From: Candidatus Obscuribacteraceae bacterium
GTDB taxonomy: Bacteria > Cyanobacteriota > Vampirovibrionia > Obscuribacterales > Obscuribacteraceae
Direction of reading: 5' to 3'
Length of the DNA stretch: 64,000 bases
NCBI GenBank assembly: GCA_044226015.1
Contig: JBGAHS010000001.1
Coordinates: 544,001-608,000, forward strand
Positions 1 to 10,103 of the stretch are shown here, in pieces; the first letter of the stretch is position 1; every line of letters starts with the position of its first letter. A model generated the notes under the pieces. That model did no database searches. It was not told the DNA's origin and worked only from the letters and a program-made list of their open reading frames with translations. A program made the translations under genes and the position numbers.

Positions 1-850
1 GTCCTTTGATTCGCACTCCTGAAGCGATGGTACTTTTCTTGCCTAGAAGGAGCGTGCCCTCTGTGACCACTCCTGAGTCGATTTTTGATTCAGGAGAGAG
101 GAATTGGTTCTGATTATTCTTCTGAGGTAATTCGACCGTCAGGGCGCCTCCCAGCGCATCAAAGTTTGATTGGCGATATTGACCTACCGTGCCCACGTCA
201 GACCAGTACGTTCCCAGGTCCACCGATAGCACAGGAAGTCCGTCTTGCACCAGTGAGGGGAAGAGTTGTCGTCCGAATCCGTATGAGCCTGTTTTAGGCA
301 TGTATTCAAAAATCTGTGGTTCGAGAATGTAGATCCCCGTAGATGCGAAGTTCGACAGTGCTTCTTCCTGAGCTGGCTTCTCCTGGAAGCCAGTGATGAA
401 TCCCTCTTCGTCTCTCAGAACTACTCCGAACTGGCTCACGTCATCCACTTTCTTGATTCCGATTGTGGCGAGCGCTTTCTTTTTCTTGTGTTCTGCATAG
501 ATTTTGGAAAGGTCAGCATCTGTAAGCAAGTCGCCCATCAATACGATGAAAGTCTCTTGACCAAAGAAGTCCTTGCAGGCTCTGACGCCACCTGCGTCGC
601 CGCTCAGCTCTGCTTCGTAGCGAAAGTCCAGGTTCATGCCCAGTGCACTTCCATCACCGAAGTAGCCGCGAATTTTGTCTGGCAGATAGTGCAGGTTCGA
701 TACTACGTCGGTGAATCCATGCTTTTTGAGAAGCAGCAGCAAGTGTTCCATCACTGGTTTATTAGCGACGGGAACTAGTGGTTTGGGGACTTGTGAGGTG
801 AGTGGGTCGAGGCGCGAACCGACACCTGCTGCGAGAACCATTGCTTTCAT
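1..850 (-). CDS. NDP-sugar pyrophosphorylase (mannose-1-phosphate guanylyltransferase-like), 3' end outside window
   Basis: Not in ORF track; manual translation from ATG at 850: MKAMVLAAGVGSRLDPLTSQVPKPLVPVANKPVMEH...GDLLTDADL...FQEKP...YWSDVGT, typical nucleotidyltransferase motifs followed by the start of a left-handed beta-helix. Confidence 0.9.
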   Translation of the reverse strand, partial: MKAMVLAAGVGSRLDPLTSQVPKPLVPVANKPVMEHLLLLLKKHGFTDVVSNLHYLPDKIRGYFGDGSALGMNLDFRYEAELSGDAGGVRACKDFFGQETFIVLMGDLLTDADLSKIYAEHKKKKALATIGIKKVDDVSQFGVVLRDEEGFITGFQEKPAQEEALSNFASTGIYILEPQIFEYMPKTGSYGFGRQLFPSLVQDGLPVLSVDLGTYWSDVGTVGQYRQSNFDALGGALTVELPQKNNQNQFLSPESKIDSGVVTEGTLLLGKKSTIASGVRIKG

Positions 851-1067
851 TCTGAATTTGGCTTAAGAAAGCCCCTCCGAGTTAGTACTCAAATAGTAAA
901 GTTCAAACGAACTCGGAATATTATCCAACCGAACAGTTAAACAAGTCTGTTGGTTAAAAATATCTTTGAGAAAAAAAATGGCAAATTAAGCTCAGCGAGC
1001 CGATTTCGATTAGTTGAAATTCAATTTTGCCCAGTTGGACAGCAATTGAGTTCTGTGAAAGCACTAC

Positions 1068-2456
1068 TTAGCGAGGAGAAATCTTCTCTTTTAGCTTTAG
1101 ATTGTCTCTATCTAATATTTCTCGTGACTTAAGCAGTCCCAACTCAACCTGATCTCGCGAGCTGCCGCCGAGAGAACAAAATGCACCTACCGATTCCTCG
1201 ACAGAGACGTGATCATAAATGTCCATTTCGTAAGCCGGTGAAAATTGTTGCCACTCGCTCAAGCTGAGGTCGGAGAGATATTTATTTCTCGCCTTGCAGT
1301 ATGCCGCGAGTTGTTCAACCACGCGTGTGGCAATGTTTCTATCGACACCACGTGTGATCAAATAATCCAGAGCATTATTGACGTTTACCAGATCAGCACA
1401 AGCAACTTCACGCATGCGCTCTGCATCGAGTTCTATGCCTGGCAAAAGTCCGATGAGAAAATCTAGCAGCACCTTCAACGTATCGATGATGTCTGCAAGT
1501 CCGAGAACGCACTCTTGCAAATCAAGACTGTATCCCGTAGTTATCGCTTTAAGCTCGACGATGAATTCAAGCATGCGACCAAAAATTAGCGATGGTCTTG
1601 AGCGTAACGCTTCCAATATTTCCGGGTTGCGTTTCAGAGGCAATGTGTGCGAAGAAATGATCAGATCTTGTGGAACCCTTGCAAAGGCAAACTCCTGGGT
1701 GACCCACAGAAGCAACTCAGAGCCCAGCTGTGAAAGATGCAAGCCTACGATGGTGGCAAACGCTCCAAATTCGATAACGAAATCACGATCAGAAACTGCA
1801 TCTAAGCTGTTCTCTATAAGCTCATCAAACCCCAATAACTCTGCCACCATTCTTCGATCGATGGGCTCTCTTGTTCCTGCAAGAACGTTGGCGCCAAGTG
1901 GCAATAAATTCAATCTCTTGTAGTAGTCATTAAAACGTGAAAAGTCTCTTGCGATTCTCGCTTCGTTTGAAAGCCACCAGTGAGAAAGCAAAATTGCGTC
2001 GGCTGGCTGCATGTGCGTGTAACCTGGCATAACGATGTCGATGTCGCGCTCTGCGAGGTCATTGAAAACTTTGCGGAGTTGATTCAGTAGCTCTGCAATC
2101 TGAAGTGATTCATCTCTGACCCAGAGACGCAAATCGGTGGCGGCTTGATCATTGTGTGACTTTGCTGTTCTAGCTAATACAAACTCTTCTCCAATGCGTG
2201 CGCGAAGCTCTCTCTCCAGTGCTTCATAAACATCTGCATCGGTATCACATATAGTGCCATTGCTTGCGGCAATGTCATCATATGCGGCAAGAATTCGTTC
2301 AGCACTACCTTCTTTTATGATGCCAGTTTTCGCCAGCATACGCACGTGAGCTGAGCTGGATAATAGCGCTCGTTTGAATAACTCTTTCTCTATATTTGTT
2401 GCAAGCCGAATGCGGCGGAAGTGAATGCTTTTCTGAGCTGTCGATTCTACTGTCAA
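1068..2456 (-). CDS. argH: Argininosuccinate lyase-like protein (divergent)
   Basis: 462 aa; PGYTHMQ, NSLDAVSDRDF, S.NDQ.ATD motifs; signature GSSxMPxKxNP degenerate (SSHTLPLKRNP). Confidence 0.75.
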   Translation of the reverse strand: MTVESTAQKSIHFRRIRLATNIEKELFKRALLSSSAHVRMLAKTGIIKEGSAERILAAYDDIAASNGTICDTDADVYEALERELRARIGEEFVLARTAKSHNDQAATDLRLWVRDESLQIAELLNQLRKVFNDLAERDIDIVMPGYTHMQPADAILLSHWWLSNEARIARDFSRFNDYYKRLNLLPLGANVLAGTREPIDRRMVAELLGFDELIENSLDAVSDRDFVIEFGAFATIVGLHLSQLGSELLLWVTQEFAFARVPQDLIISSHTLPLKRNPEILEALRSRPSLIFGRMLEFIVELKAITTGYSLDLQECVLGLADIIDTLKVLLDFLIGLLPGIELDAERMREVACADLVNVNNALDYLITRGVDRNIATRVVEQLAAYCKARNKYLSDLSLSEWQQFSPAYEMDIYDHVSVEESVGAFCSLGGSSRDQVELGLLKSREILDRDNLKLKEKISPR

Positions 2457-2524
2457 AATAACCCTGCATTTCGTTTTTTTTGTGCCTTATGGCTGCTCGC
2501 TATTATACTGCTTTAAAAACAATG

Positions 2525-2547
2525 AGAACTGGCTTTTGGCCAGTTCT
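2525..2547 (-). terminator. Intrinsic terminator-like hairpin
   Basis: AGAACTGGC-N5-GCCAGTTCT perfect 9-bp stem followed on the minus strand by CATTGTTTTT. Confidence 0.6.
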
Positions 2548-2571
2548 ACGTCGTTCAAATCAAGAATGAGT

Positions 2572-2682
2572 TCAAGCAACTTTTTTCTTTTTCTGTATCT
2601 TATTGATCTTGTCTACTTGCCTCTTGTAGCGAGTTAATTCTTGTTGATAACGTTTCTGTACTTCTTTCTCTTTATCTGCCAT
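2572..2682 (-). CDS. Putative 36-aa Lys-rich small protein
   Basis: Manual translation MADKEKEVQKRYQQELTRYKRQVDKINKIQKKKKVA; purine-rich sequence upstream, terminator hairpin directly downstream. Confidence 0.5.
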   Translation of the reverse strand: MADKEKEVQKRYQQELTRYKRQVDKINKIQKKKKVA

Positions 2683-2881
2683 ATCGTCACTTCTCTGAAC
2701 CGGATTTTGGGAAATTGCCTCATGTCCTGTAGTGAATCCGTTCGCTGACGGTACGAAGGAGTCACCGGTGGACTTACAGCTTCTGATACTACATTAATAT
2801 AAACCCTTTTTCAGGATTGCGCAACAGTCTGTAATCATATCTGATTGCTATATGTTTGGCAAGTCTTGACTTAAAGTGAAG

Positions 2882-4120
2882 TCAAGCTCCAGCTTGAGCG
2901 GTTTCTTTTCCGGAAGCTTCGCCGTTCTTGTTTTTCTCGATTTTCGGGAGCGCTAAACTCAGCAAGACAACCACTGCCATTACACCAGCGCCAACATAGT
3001 ATGGGTAGGCTTGCCCCAGGTGTTGGAACGCAACGGCGCCAGCCACTGGACCCAGAACTCTTCCTAGAGTGGCAAGACTCTGTCCAACGCCCAGAACGCC
3101 GCCGACTACTTCGGAATCAGCAAGTTTTGAGGTCATACTCTGGTTGGAGGGGTTGATGATGCTTGTGCCAATGGCGAGTAGACCCATCGCCACATAAAGA
3201 CCAGTCACGCTTTTCAAGAGAACCGTGCAGAGCAGCCCAGCTGTCACGATAAGAGCCCCTGTTGTGATGAGCGGCGGCTCGGGGCACTTCTTGGAGAGTC
3301 TACCGATTAATCCACCCTGGACGAACACCATGACAAAGCCAATGTACGTGAAAAGCCAGCTCATATCGGCTTTGCTGAACTTGTACCAGTCGGCTGCCAA
3401 CAGAGCAAGAGTGGCTTCCATGTTGGCGAAAGCAAATGTAGAGAGGAAAAATATCAAAAGAGAGGTCGTCAGTTTGGGGTTGGCGATGGTTTTGAAGTAG
3501 AAGCCAGCTTCCATTTTGTAGCGATCATGACCTGCGCTTGAGCGTTTTTCTGGTTCGGGCAATTTTGCTAATGCCAGGAGGAAAGCCAGCGCACTGAATG
3601 CTGCAGCCACATAACCGATCGCCTGGATGCCGAACATGCTCAGTCCGCCACCGATTGCAGGTCCGAGGGTGAAGCCGAGTCCGAAAGCAGCACCGATAAG
3701 ACCCATGCCTTTGGCGCGGTCTTCTGGTTTTGTCACATCAGTTATGTAGGCTTGCGCTACTGCGATGTTGGCATTTCCTGCTCCAGCGACTATGCGTGAA
3801 ATGAACAGCAAGGGCAGGGTGCCTGCAAAACCCCAGATGGCGTAGCCGATTGCCGATGCTGCCAGGCTCACTAGTAAAATGGGTTTGCGACCCATGTTGT
3901 CGGAAAGTCTTCCCCAGAAAGGTGTTAGGAAGAACTGCATCAAGGAGTAGGACATCAAAAGCAGGCCTACAGTCTGTGGGTCAGCGCCGAAGGCGACAGC
4001 ACACTGAGGCAAAACTGGAATGATAATTCCGAAGCCTACCAGGTCGATGAATACGACCAGAAAGATTAGCAGCAGGGCTGATTTGCCTGGTTTCTTTACC
4101 TGTTCTTGATTTTCACTCAA
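2882..4120 (-). CDS. MFS transporter, TetA/DHA1-like
   Basis: About 12 hydrophobic segments, motif A (GRLSDNMGRKP), GAAFGLGFTLGPAIGG antiporter motif C. Confidence 0.9.
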   Translation of the reverse strand: MSENQEQVKKPGKSALLLIFLVVFIDLVGFGIIIPVLPQCAVAFGADPQTVGLLLMSYSLMQFFLTPFWGRLSDNMGRKPILLVSLAASAIGYAIWGFAGTLPLLFISRIVAGAGNANIAVAQAYITDVTKPEDRAKGMGLIGAAFGLGFTLGPAIGGGLSMFGIQAIGYVAAAFSALAFLLALAKLPEPEKRSSAGHDRYKMEAGFYFKTIANPKLTTSLLIFFLSTFAFANMEATLALLAADWYKFSKADMSWLFTYIGFVMVFVQGGLIGRLSKKCPEPPLITTGALIVTAGLLCTVLLKSVTGLYVAMGLLAIGTSIINPSNQSMTSKLADSEVVGGVLGVGQSLATLGRVLGPVAGAVAFQHLGQAYPYYVGAGVMAVVVLLSLALPKIEKNKNGEASGKETAQAGA

Positions 4121-4494
4121 AGCCGATTCCTCGATACACGCCGCCTTAATTTAACGCAGGGCGCGATTGGATGCCTTAAGGTTCTGAAAGGATTTATTTG
4201 TTCACAAGCCGTCAGAGCCAGATTTGCTGCGTTCCATTTTGAAGACTCTTCGCTCTTAGTCTTCTGCAGTCAGTGTGTAATGCGTGCTCAGTTTCCGAAA
4301 TCGAAGAAGCAGGGTCCGGACAGTGCTACGCTCAAACATTCCGGGATTTGTTAATGGCGGTGTTTTTTTTATCAGTCCCCGTGTACTTTTGCGACCGATA
4401 AGATCAAAGCTGATTAAGGCTCGATAAACGAAGTCCTTTGCTGGGTAAGGTTTAAGTAATGGAGCTATTTCCATGCTGTGATGGATGATCTTCG

Positions 4495-6090
4495 ATGAAG
4501 CTTTGTCTAATTTGCAATTTTCAATTTGGTGACGAGCAAGAGCTCTGTCCCAAGGACATGTCTAAGCTTGTCCCTGTTGGCAAAGATCCTCTCATTGGCA
4601 TGCTTATTCAAGACCGCTACCGCATTGAAAGTCTTGTTGCCAAAGGTTCTATGGGTGTCGTTTATCGCGCCATGCAAGAAGCGATTGGCAGACCTGTTGC
4701 CATAAAAGTAATGCATGGTTACCTGGTTCATGACGATGAGTCAATGAAGCGATACCACAAAGAAGCTAAAGCGGCCAGCCGCTTGAATCATCCGAACATA
4801 ACTTCGGTCTATGATTTCGGGGTTCTTGCCTCCGGACAGCCCTACATCGTTATGGACCTGCTGGTTGGCAAATCACTCGCCGAAATTTTGCAGCAGCGCG
4901 GGCAGCTGACTACAGGGCAGACCATGATGGTCTTTAATCAGGTCTGTCAGGCCTTGGCAGAGGCGCACTCACGAGGCGTAGTTCATAGAGACATCAAGCC
5001 GGAAAACATTGTTATTGAAGAATTGCCTGACGGTAAGAATATCAATGTCAAAGTTGTGGATTTCGGAATTGCCACGTTTTCGGCCGAAACCGAAGATGAC
5101 ACCATCGGAAAAATTACAAAAACAGGCACCGTATGTGGTAGCCCATTTTATATGAGCCCAGAACAATGTGATGCCGGTAAGGTTGATGCTAGAAGCGACT
5201 TGTACTCGCTGGGCATTGTTCTGTTTGAGTGTTTGACCGGAAAGGTTCCGTTTGAATCGAAGGATATATACACAGTTCTCACAATGCAGGTTAAAGAGCC
5301 TCCACCGCGTCTCAGCAAAATGCGCCCTGAGCTAGACTTCAGCAACGACCTGGAATTGTTCGTTGCTAAAACTCTATCGAAAGAACCATCGGCTCGTTTT
5401 CAATCAGCACAGCAGTTCTGGGAAGGCTTATTTGCTGCCTCCACTGGTGGTGGCAAGAAACAGCCTTCGCAGGAATTCAGGAAAATTCCAGACGATGCTG
5501 CTTCTGCTTCTTCTTCTTCTTCTTCTTCTCGAACAACTCAAGCAGAAGAGGCGGCAGCAATATCTAGTTCAGTGGCGGCAGCTACTGAAGAGTTGATAAC
5601 TTCCTCACGCTCACAGCGAGCTGCAGTGAAGCAAGAGAAAGAGAAAATGCGACGCCGTGTTCAAAATCGTGGCGTTTCGGGCGTTGATAGATTTGTTAGT
5701 ATCGCTCAGATAGTTGTGCCACCAGTACTCTCAGTGATTATGACTGTTGCTCTGTTCTGGATCGTTGCAAACCAGGCAATTATTCACAGCATTTTTTCGC
5801 CTTCCTCAAGCAGCGGACCGGGCAGCGTGAAGACAGTAGAATCACTCATTGCGCAAGGCAAACTCGAAGAAGCAAGAACCATTTTGGAAATGAGAAGGAA
5901 AGATGGCGCTTTCTCTGAAAACGATCAGGAAAATCTAGACATCACTTTGAGCAAGCTCGCTAAACGTGAGGCGCGAGCCAAGCACTACAAGAAAGCAGCT
6001 GCCTACCTGGAGCAGCTTTCAGACGAGAGCAAAGATGACGAAGCTGTGAAGGCGTTGATCAGGCGCTATAAAAAGATGGCGTCCAAATAA
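4495..6090 (+). CDS. Hanks-type Ser/Thr protein kinase with N-terminal Cys motif, TM helix and C-terminal TPR-like region
   Basis: CxxC..CPxD N-terminus, GSMGVVY, VAIK, HRDIKPEN, DFG, GSPFYMSPEQ. Confidence 0.92.
   Translation: MKLCLICNFQFGDEQELCPKDMSKLVPVGKDPLIGMLIQDRYRIESLVAKGSMGVVYRAMQEAIGRPVAIKVMHGYLVHDDESMKRYHKEAKAASRLNHPNITSVYDFGVLASGQPYIVMDLLVGKSLAEILQQRGQLTTGQTMMVFNQVCQALAEAHSRGVVHRDIKPENIVIEELPDGKNINVKVVDFGIATFSAETEDDTIGKITKTGTVCGSPFYMSPEQCDAGKVDARSDLYSLGIVLFECLTGKVPFESKDIYTVLTMQVKEPPPRLSKMRPELDFSNDLELFVAKTLSKEPSARFQSAQQFWEGLFAASTGGGKKQPSQEFRKIPDDAASASSSSSSSRTTQAEEAAAISSSVAAATEELITSSRSQRAAVKQEKEKMRRRVQNRGVSGVDRFVSIAQIVVPPVLSVIMTVALFWIVANQAIIHSIFSPSSSSGPGSVKTVESLIAQGKLEEARTILEMRRKDGAFSENDQENLDITLSKLAKREARAKHYKKAAAYLEQLSDESKDDEAVKALIRRYKKMASK
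5505..5529 (+). repeat. (TCT)n trinucleotide tract encoding poly-Ser in the kinase linker
   Basis: gcttcttcttcttcttcttcttctc encodes ASSSSSSS. Confidence 0.7.
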
Positions 6091-6091
6091 G

Positions 6092-7123
6092 CTATGCTTC
6101 GACAAACGCACCGAGCTTACGGAACTTGTTCTGTCTATCGCGTTTGAGTTCGGACGGAGACAGCTTTGTAAGTTCTTTCAGGTGTCGATTGATTGCTTCT
6201 GCCATGCGTTCGGCTGCAAAATCGTAGTCGTGATGGGCGCCACCGAGTGGCTCTGAAATGACTTCGTCAGCGACTCCTAAGGATTTAATCTCCTTGGCTG
6301 TCATCTTCATAGCCTGGCAGGCTTCAGCGACCTTCTCTGCAGAGCGCCATAGAATGGATGCGCAGCCCTCGGGTGAAATCACGGAGTAAACTGAATGTTC
6401 AAGCATGAGAATTCGGTTGGCAACGCCGATAGCGAGCGCACCACCAGAGCCGCCTTCACCGGTAACTACCGCAATGACTGGAACGCTTAAGCCGCATAGT
6501 TCTCGCAAATTAACAGCGATTGCTTCTGCCTGGTTGTGTTCTTCTGCCGTGAGTCCGGGATATGCGCCTGGTGTGTCGATTAAATTGATGATGGGGAGAT
6601 TGAACTTATCGGCATGTCTGAAGAGGCGAAGTGCCTTTCGGTAGCCTTCCGGTTGTGGCATTCCGAAGTTGCAAGTTTGCTTCTCTCTGATGTTGCGACC
6701 TTTTTGTGTGCCCAGAACAACGCAGGTAAAGTCGCCTATCTGGACTAAACCGCCGACCATTGCCGCATCGTCAACGCCCTGTCTGTCGCCATGCAGTTCT
6801 ATCCAACCTGGGTCCCAGCGCTCAATATAATCTCTGGTGTATGGACGCTGCGCATGGCGGGCCAGAGCAAGGTGATCAATGCCACGAAGGTTGCTGTACA
6901 ACGAGCGTTTTAGCTGATCGTACTGCTGGTTCAGGCGATCGAGATCCTTCTCCAATTCTGGATTTACGTTATCTTTCAACTGCTTTTCCAGAGCTTCAAT
7001 TTGTTGTTGAAACACCGTAAGGGGCTGCTCAAATTCGAGCGGAATAATTTTTTTCGCTTCTGCCGTTTTCTTGCTTGCGTCAGCCGGTTTCTTTTCCGGT
7101 TCTTTTCCTTCAGCCATTTTCAC
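6092..7123 (-). CDS. accA: Acetyl-CoA carboxylase carboxyltransferase alpha
   Basis: FGMPQPEGYRKALR, IDTPGAYPG, GEGGSGGALA, YSVISPEGCASILW. Confidence 0.97.
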   Translation of the reverse strand: MKMAEGKEPEKKPADASKKTAEAKKIIPLEFEQPLTVFQQQIEALEKQLKDNVNPELEKDLDRLNQQYDQLKRSLYSNLRGIDHLALARHAQRPYTRDYIERWDPGWIELHGDRQGVDDAAMVGGLVQIGDFTCVVLGTQKGRNIREKQTCNFGMPQPEGYRKALRLFRHADKFNLPIINLIDTPGAYPGLTAEEHNQAEAIAVNLRELCGLSVPVIAVVTGEGGSGGALAIGVANRILMLEHSVYSVISPEGCASILWRSAEKVAEACQAMKMTAKEIKSLGVADEVISEPLGGAHHDYDFAAERMAEAINRHLKELTKLSPSELKRDRQNKFRKLGAFVEA

Positions 7124-7170
7124 TCCGACGATTAGTTCGATTGCTAGGACCTGATCAAATTGCAGCTATC

Positions 7171-8088
7171 TCAGCGGGTTGCCATTGCCTTACTTTTTTT
7201 TTCCGAGTCTAGCTCGGGCTTCTTAGCCTTATGTATGGCGATGAGTCTTGCCAGCATGTCTTTTAGTCTTGGTCTTTCAACCACCATGTCGACCTGTCCA
7301 TGACTCAGCAAATACTCTGCGGTTTGGAAGTCGGCCGGCAATTTCTGTCTTATCGTCTGCTCGATGACTCGGCGTCCTGCAAAGCCTACTCGAGCGCCAG
7401 GCTCAGCAATGATAATGTCGCCCAGCATGGCGAAGCTTGCAGTTACGCCTCCATATGTTGGCTCAGTCAATATACTTATATATAGAAGCTTTTCTTCGTG
7501 GAACGAGCGAAGCGTCGCGCTGGTCTTGGCAAGTTGCATGAGGCTCAAAATCCCTTCTTGCATTCTTGCTCCGCCAGAGCTTGAAATAATTATCAGAGGA
7601 ATACGTTGTTCTTCTGCATGCTCGATTATGCGGGCGACCTTCTCCCCGACCACTGAGCCCATAGAGCCACCAAAGTGACCGAAGTCCATTACACCAATGG
7701 CGGTGCTCTGGTTTTCTATCTTGCATACTCCAGTAACGACTGCTTCTCTTAATCCAGATTTGCGGCTGGCTTCCTCCAGGCGCTTTTTGTAAGGCTCTGA
7801 ATCAACGAAATTCAATGGGTCAGCTGAAGACAGATTTGCATTGAGTTCCACGAAAGAATCTGGGTCAGCGATTTGATCGATGCGCTGCTCGGCCCCTATG
7901 CGGAAGTGGTATTGGCACTTAGGGCAGACATGCAGGTTGATGCGCAGATCGCGTGTGTAGAGCAACTCTCTGCAGAAAGGACATTGAGTCCACAGTTGGC
8001 AATATTCGTCAGTATTAGGTGGTAGCTTAGGTTCGACCTCTCTTTGTTTCTGTCGGTTTGCAAACCACTCTTTTAGATCTTTATACAT
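7171..8088 (-). CDS. accD: Acetyl-CoA carboxylase carboxyltransferase beta
   Basis: CPFC..CPKC zinc finger, GGSMGSVVGEK, SGGARMQEG, GFAGRRVIEQT. Confidence 0.97.
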   Translation of the reverse strand: MYKDLKEWFANRQKQREVEPKLPPNTDEYCQLWTQCPFCRELLYTRDLRINLHVCPKCQYHFRIGAEQRIDQIADPDSFVELNANLSSADPLNFVDSEPYKKRLEEASRKSGLREAVVTGVCKIENQSTAIGVMDFGHFGGSMGSVVGEKVARIIEHAEEQRIPLIIISSSGGARMQEGILSLMQLAKTSATLRSFHEEKLLYISILTEPTYGGVTASFAMLGDIIIAEPGARVGFAGRRVIEQTIRQKLPADFQTAEYLLSHGQVDMVVERPRLKDMLARLIAIHKAKKPELDSEKKSKAMATR

Positions 8089-8255
8089 ACTGCCAGCTTC
8101 CTTTTGTAATTTGGTGCTGCGCTGTTAGCACTACGTTTCTTTTGCCATCACTCTAGCTAGAATTAGCAAGGTGATTGATAGCATTCAAGCAATCAGAAAT
8201 GATTGCCGCGGCTCTTGAAGAGCCACCCAACATTCTTGACGATTGAGATTATAAC

Positions 8256-9134
8256 ATGCGCATCCCTCGATTCTTTGCTACTGGAAAGGACCTCCAGTCC
8301 CTTAAAACAGCACTCTCGGCAGTTTCTGCGGACAGTGCTCATTTAGCCTTAGCTGAAGAGGATCTAATTAAGCAGATACGTGTTGTGTTGCGACTGGGCA
8401 AAGGGTCGCAGATTCTGCTTATTGACGATTCTGGGCAATCTGGCAGGTTTGAACTGAACGAAGTGAATAAGTCGACCGTATCGTGCGTATTGCTCGAACA
8501 AATCAAGGGGAACGCATCATGGGCACAGCGCGTGACGGTGGGGCTTGCCATGATAAAAAACGATCGCTTCGAATGGGCTCTGGAGAAGCTGAGTGAACTG
8601 GGTGTTACAGAAATAATTCCGCTTGGAACTAGAAACTGTGTAGTAAAGATGCCTGATGCAAAGAGTGCAGACAAAAGTCAGTCCGAAAAATCTGAAGGCA
8701 AGTTGAGACGCTGGCAGAGCATTCTTCGAGAGTCTGCCGAACAAAGCGAAAGAGTCACGATACCACAGGTGGTGAAGCCTCAAGCACTGGAAGAGTTCCT
8801 TGCCTACAGTGATACTAAAGGTGATGCAAGCACATCGCTACGGTTTATTTGTGCTGAGCGTAGTCAGGTGATACCACTGGCGAAGGCATTGACCGATTGT
8901 ATATACGATCGTGCATCTGAAAGTGATGGCGCCTGTGGTGCCGATATAAAGTCTATATCTTTATTGGTTGGGCCCGAAGGTGGCTTCGTAGACTGGGAAT
9001 TGGAGCTTGCTGAGAGCAGAGGATGGCAGCCTGTCAGCCTGGGACCTAGAATCTTACGTAGTGAAACCGCTTCTATTGTCGCAATGGCCCAAGTCGCATC
9101 AGTACTGGATATAGCGAATCGAAAATTACGCTAA
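8256..9134 (+). CDS. rsmE: 16S rRNA m3U1498 methyltransferase
   Basis: EKLSELGV, ESAEQSER, VGPEGGF, SLGPRILRSETA. Confidence 0.95.
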   Translation: MRIPRFFATGKDLQSLKTALSAVSADSAHLALAEEDLIKQIRVVLRLGKGSQILLIDDSGQSGRFELNEVNKSTVSCVLLEQIKGNASWAQRVTVGLAMIKNDRFEWALEKLSELGVTEIIPLGTRNCVVKMPDAKSADKSQSEKSEGKLRRWQSILRESAEQSERVTIPQVVKPQALEEFLAYSDTKGDASTSLRFICAERSQVIPLAKALTDCIYDRASESDGACGADIKSISLLVGPEGGFVDWELELAESRGWQPVSLGPRILRSETASIVAMAQVASVLDIANRKLR

Positions 9135-9316
9135 GAATTGAAAATAACCTTGACAAAAATTTCTGTAAAAGGTCTTATAGTAACGTTTGTTTATCTCGCC
9201 GATTTTCTGCGCTTAGCTTCCTGCATCAAGCCAAGCACCGCCAGCCTGAACGACTGGTAGCCTTCTTGTGCCGGAATTAGGGAAAAACAGCTAATTGCGG
9301 AAGGAGTTTTCCGAAA

Positions 9317-9985
9317 ATGACTATAGCGGAGAATCTAGCCGATATACGTAAGTCGTTTTCTGCTAAACCGGTAACTCTGATCGCCGTCAGTAAATATGTT
9401 GGCATTGAACAAATTACGGAAGCGTTCGAAAACGGAGTCACCGAATTTGGTGAAAGCAAAATTCAGGATGCATTGCTCAAGCAAAATTCTGTGCCACCAC
9501 ATATGGCGGAACATATCCACTGGCATTTTATCGGACATCTTCAAAGCAACAAAGCTAAGAAGGCTGTTGGGCGCTTCGTTTTGATTCATTCGGTCGACAG
9601 TATTTCTCTTGCAAAAGAATTATCGGCGCAGGCTGTAAAGATGCAAACTGAGCAATCGGTACTTCTTCAAGTGAAAGTTGTTGACGATCCTTCCAAATCT
9701 GGTTTTTCTCCAGAAGCGCTTAAGGACAGCTTTCGAGACTTAGTCGATTTGCCCGGCTTGCGCGTTGATGGCTTGATGACGATGACACCACTCACTGAAG
9801 ACGAAGACGTGTGGCGAAGATGTTTCACCGGTCTAAAATCACTTCGAGATGAGCTTGAAGAGCGGCATGGTGTGCGGCTCAAGGAGCTATCGATGGGTAT
9901 GTCTGATGATTACCAGGTAGCCGTCACCTGTGGTGCCACGATGGTGAGACTCGGAACAGCAATTTTTGAAAATTCCAAAAAATAG
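9317..9985 (+). CDS. yggS: PLP homeostasis protein YggS/PipY
   Basis: LIAVSK, WHFIGHLQSNK, LSMGMSDDY, GATMVRLGTAIF. Confidence 0.95.
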   Translation: MTIAENLADIRKSFSAKPVTLIAVSKYVGIEQITEAFENGVTEFGESKIQDALLKQNSVPPHMAEHIHWHFIGHLQSNKAKKAVGRFVLIHSVDSISLAKELSAQAVKMQTEQSVLLQVKVVDDPSKSGFSPEALKDSFRDLVDLPGLRVDGLMTMTPLTEDEDVWRRCFTGLKSLRDELEERHGVRLKELSMGMSDDYQVAVTCGATMVRLGTAIFENSKK

Positions 9986-10103
9986 GTGCAAAAAGAAGTC
10001 AAATATCTGGTATCTTGTATGGTGGCTAGATGAAAGTGGTGAGTCATTTAGCCAAGGTGATGGACGAGGGGTAAGGTAAACCGGGACGGGTAAGGAGGAG
10101 CAA

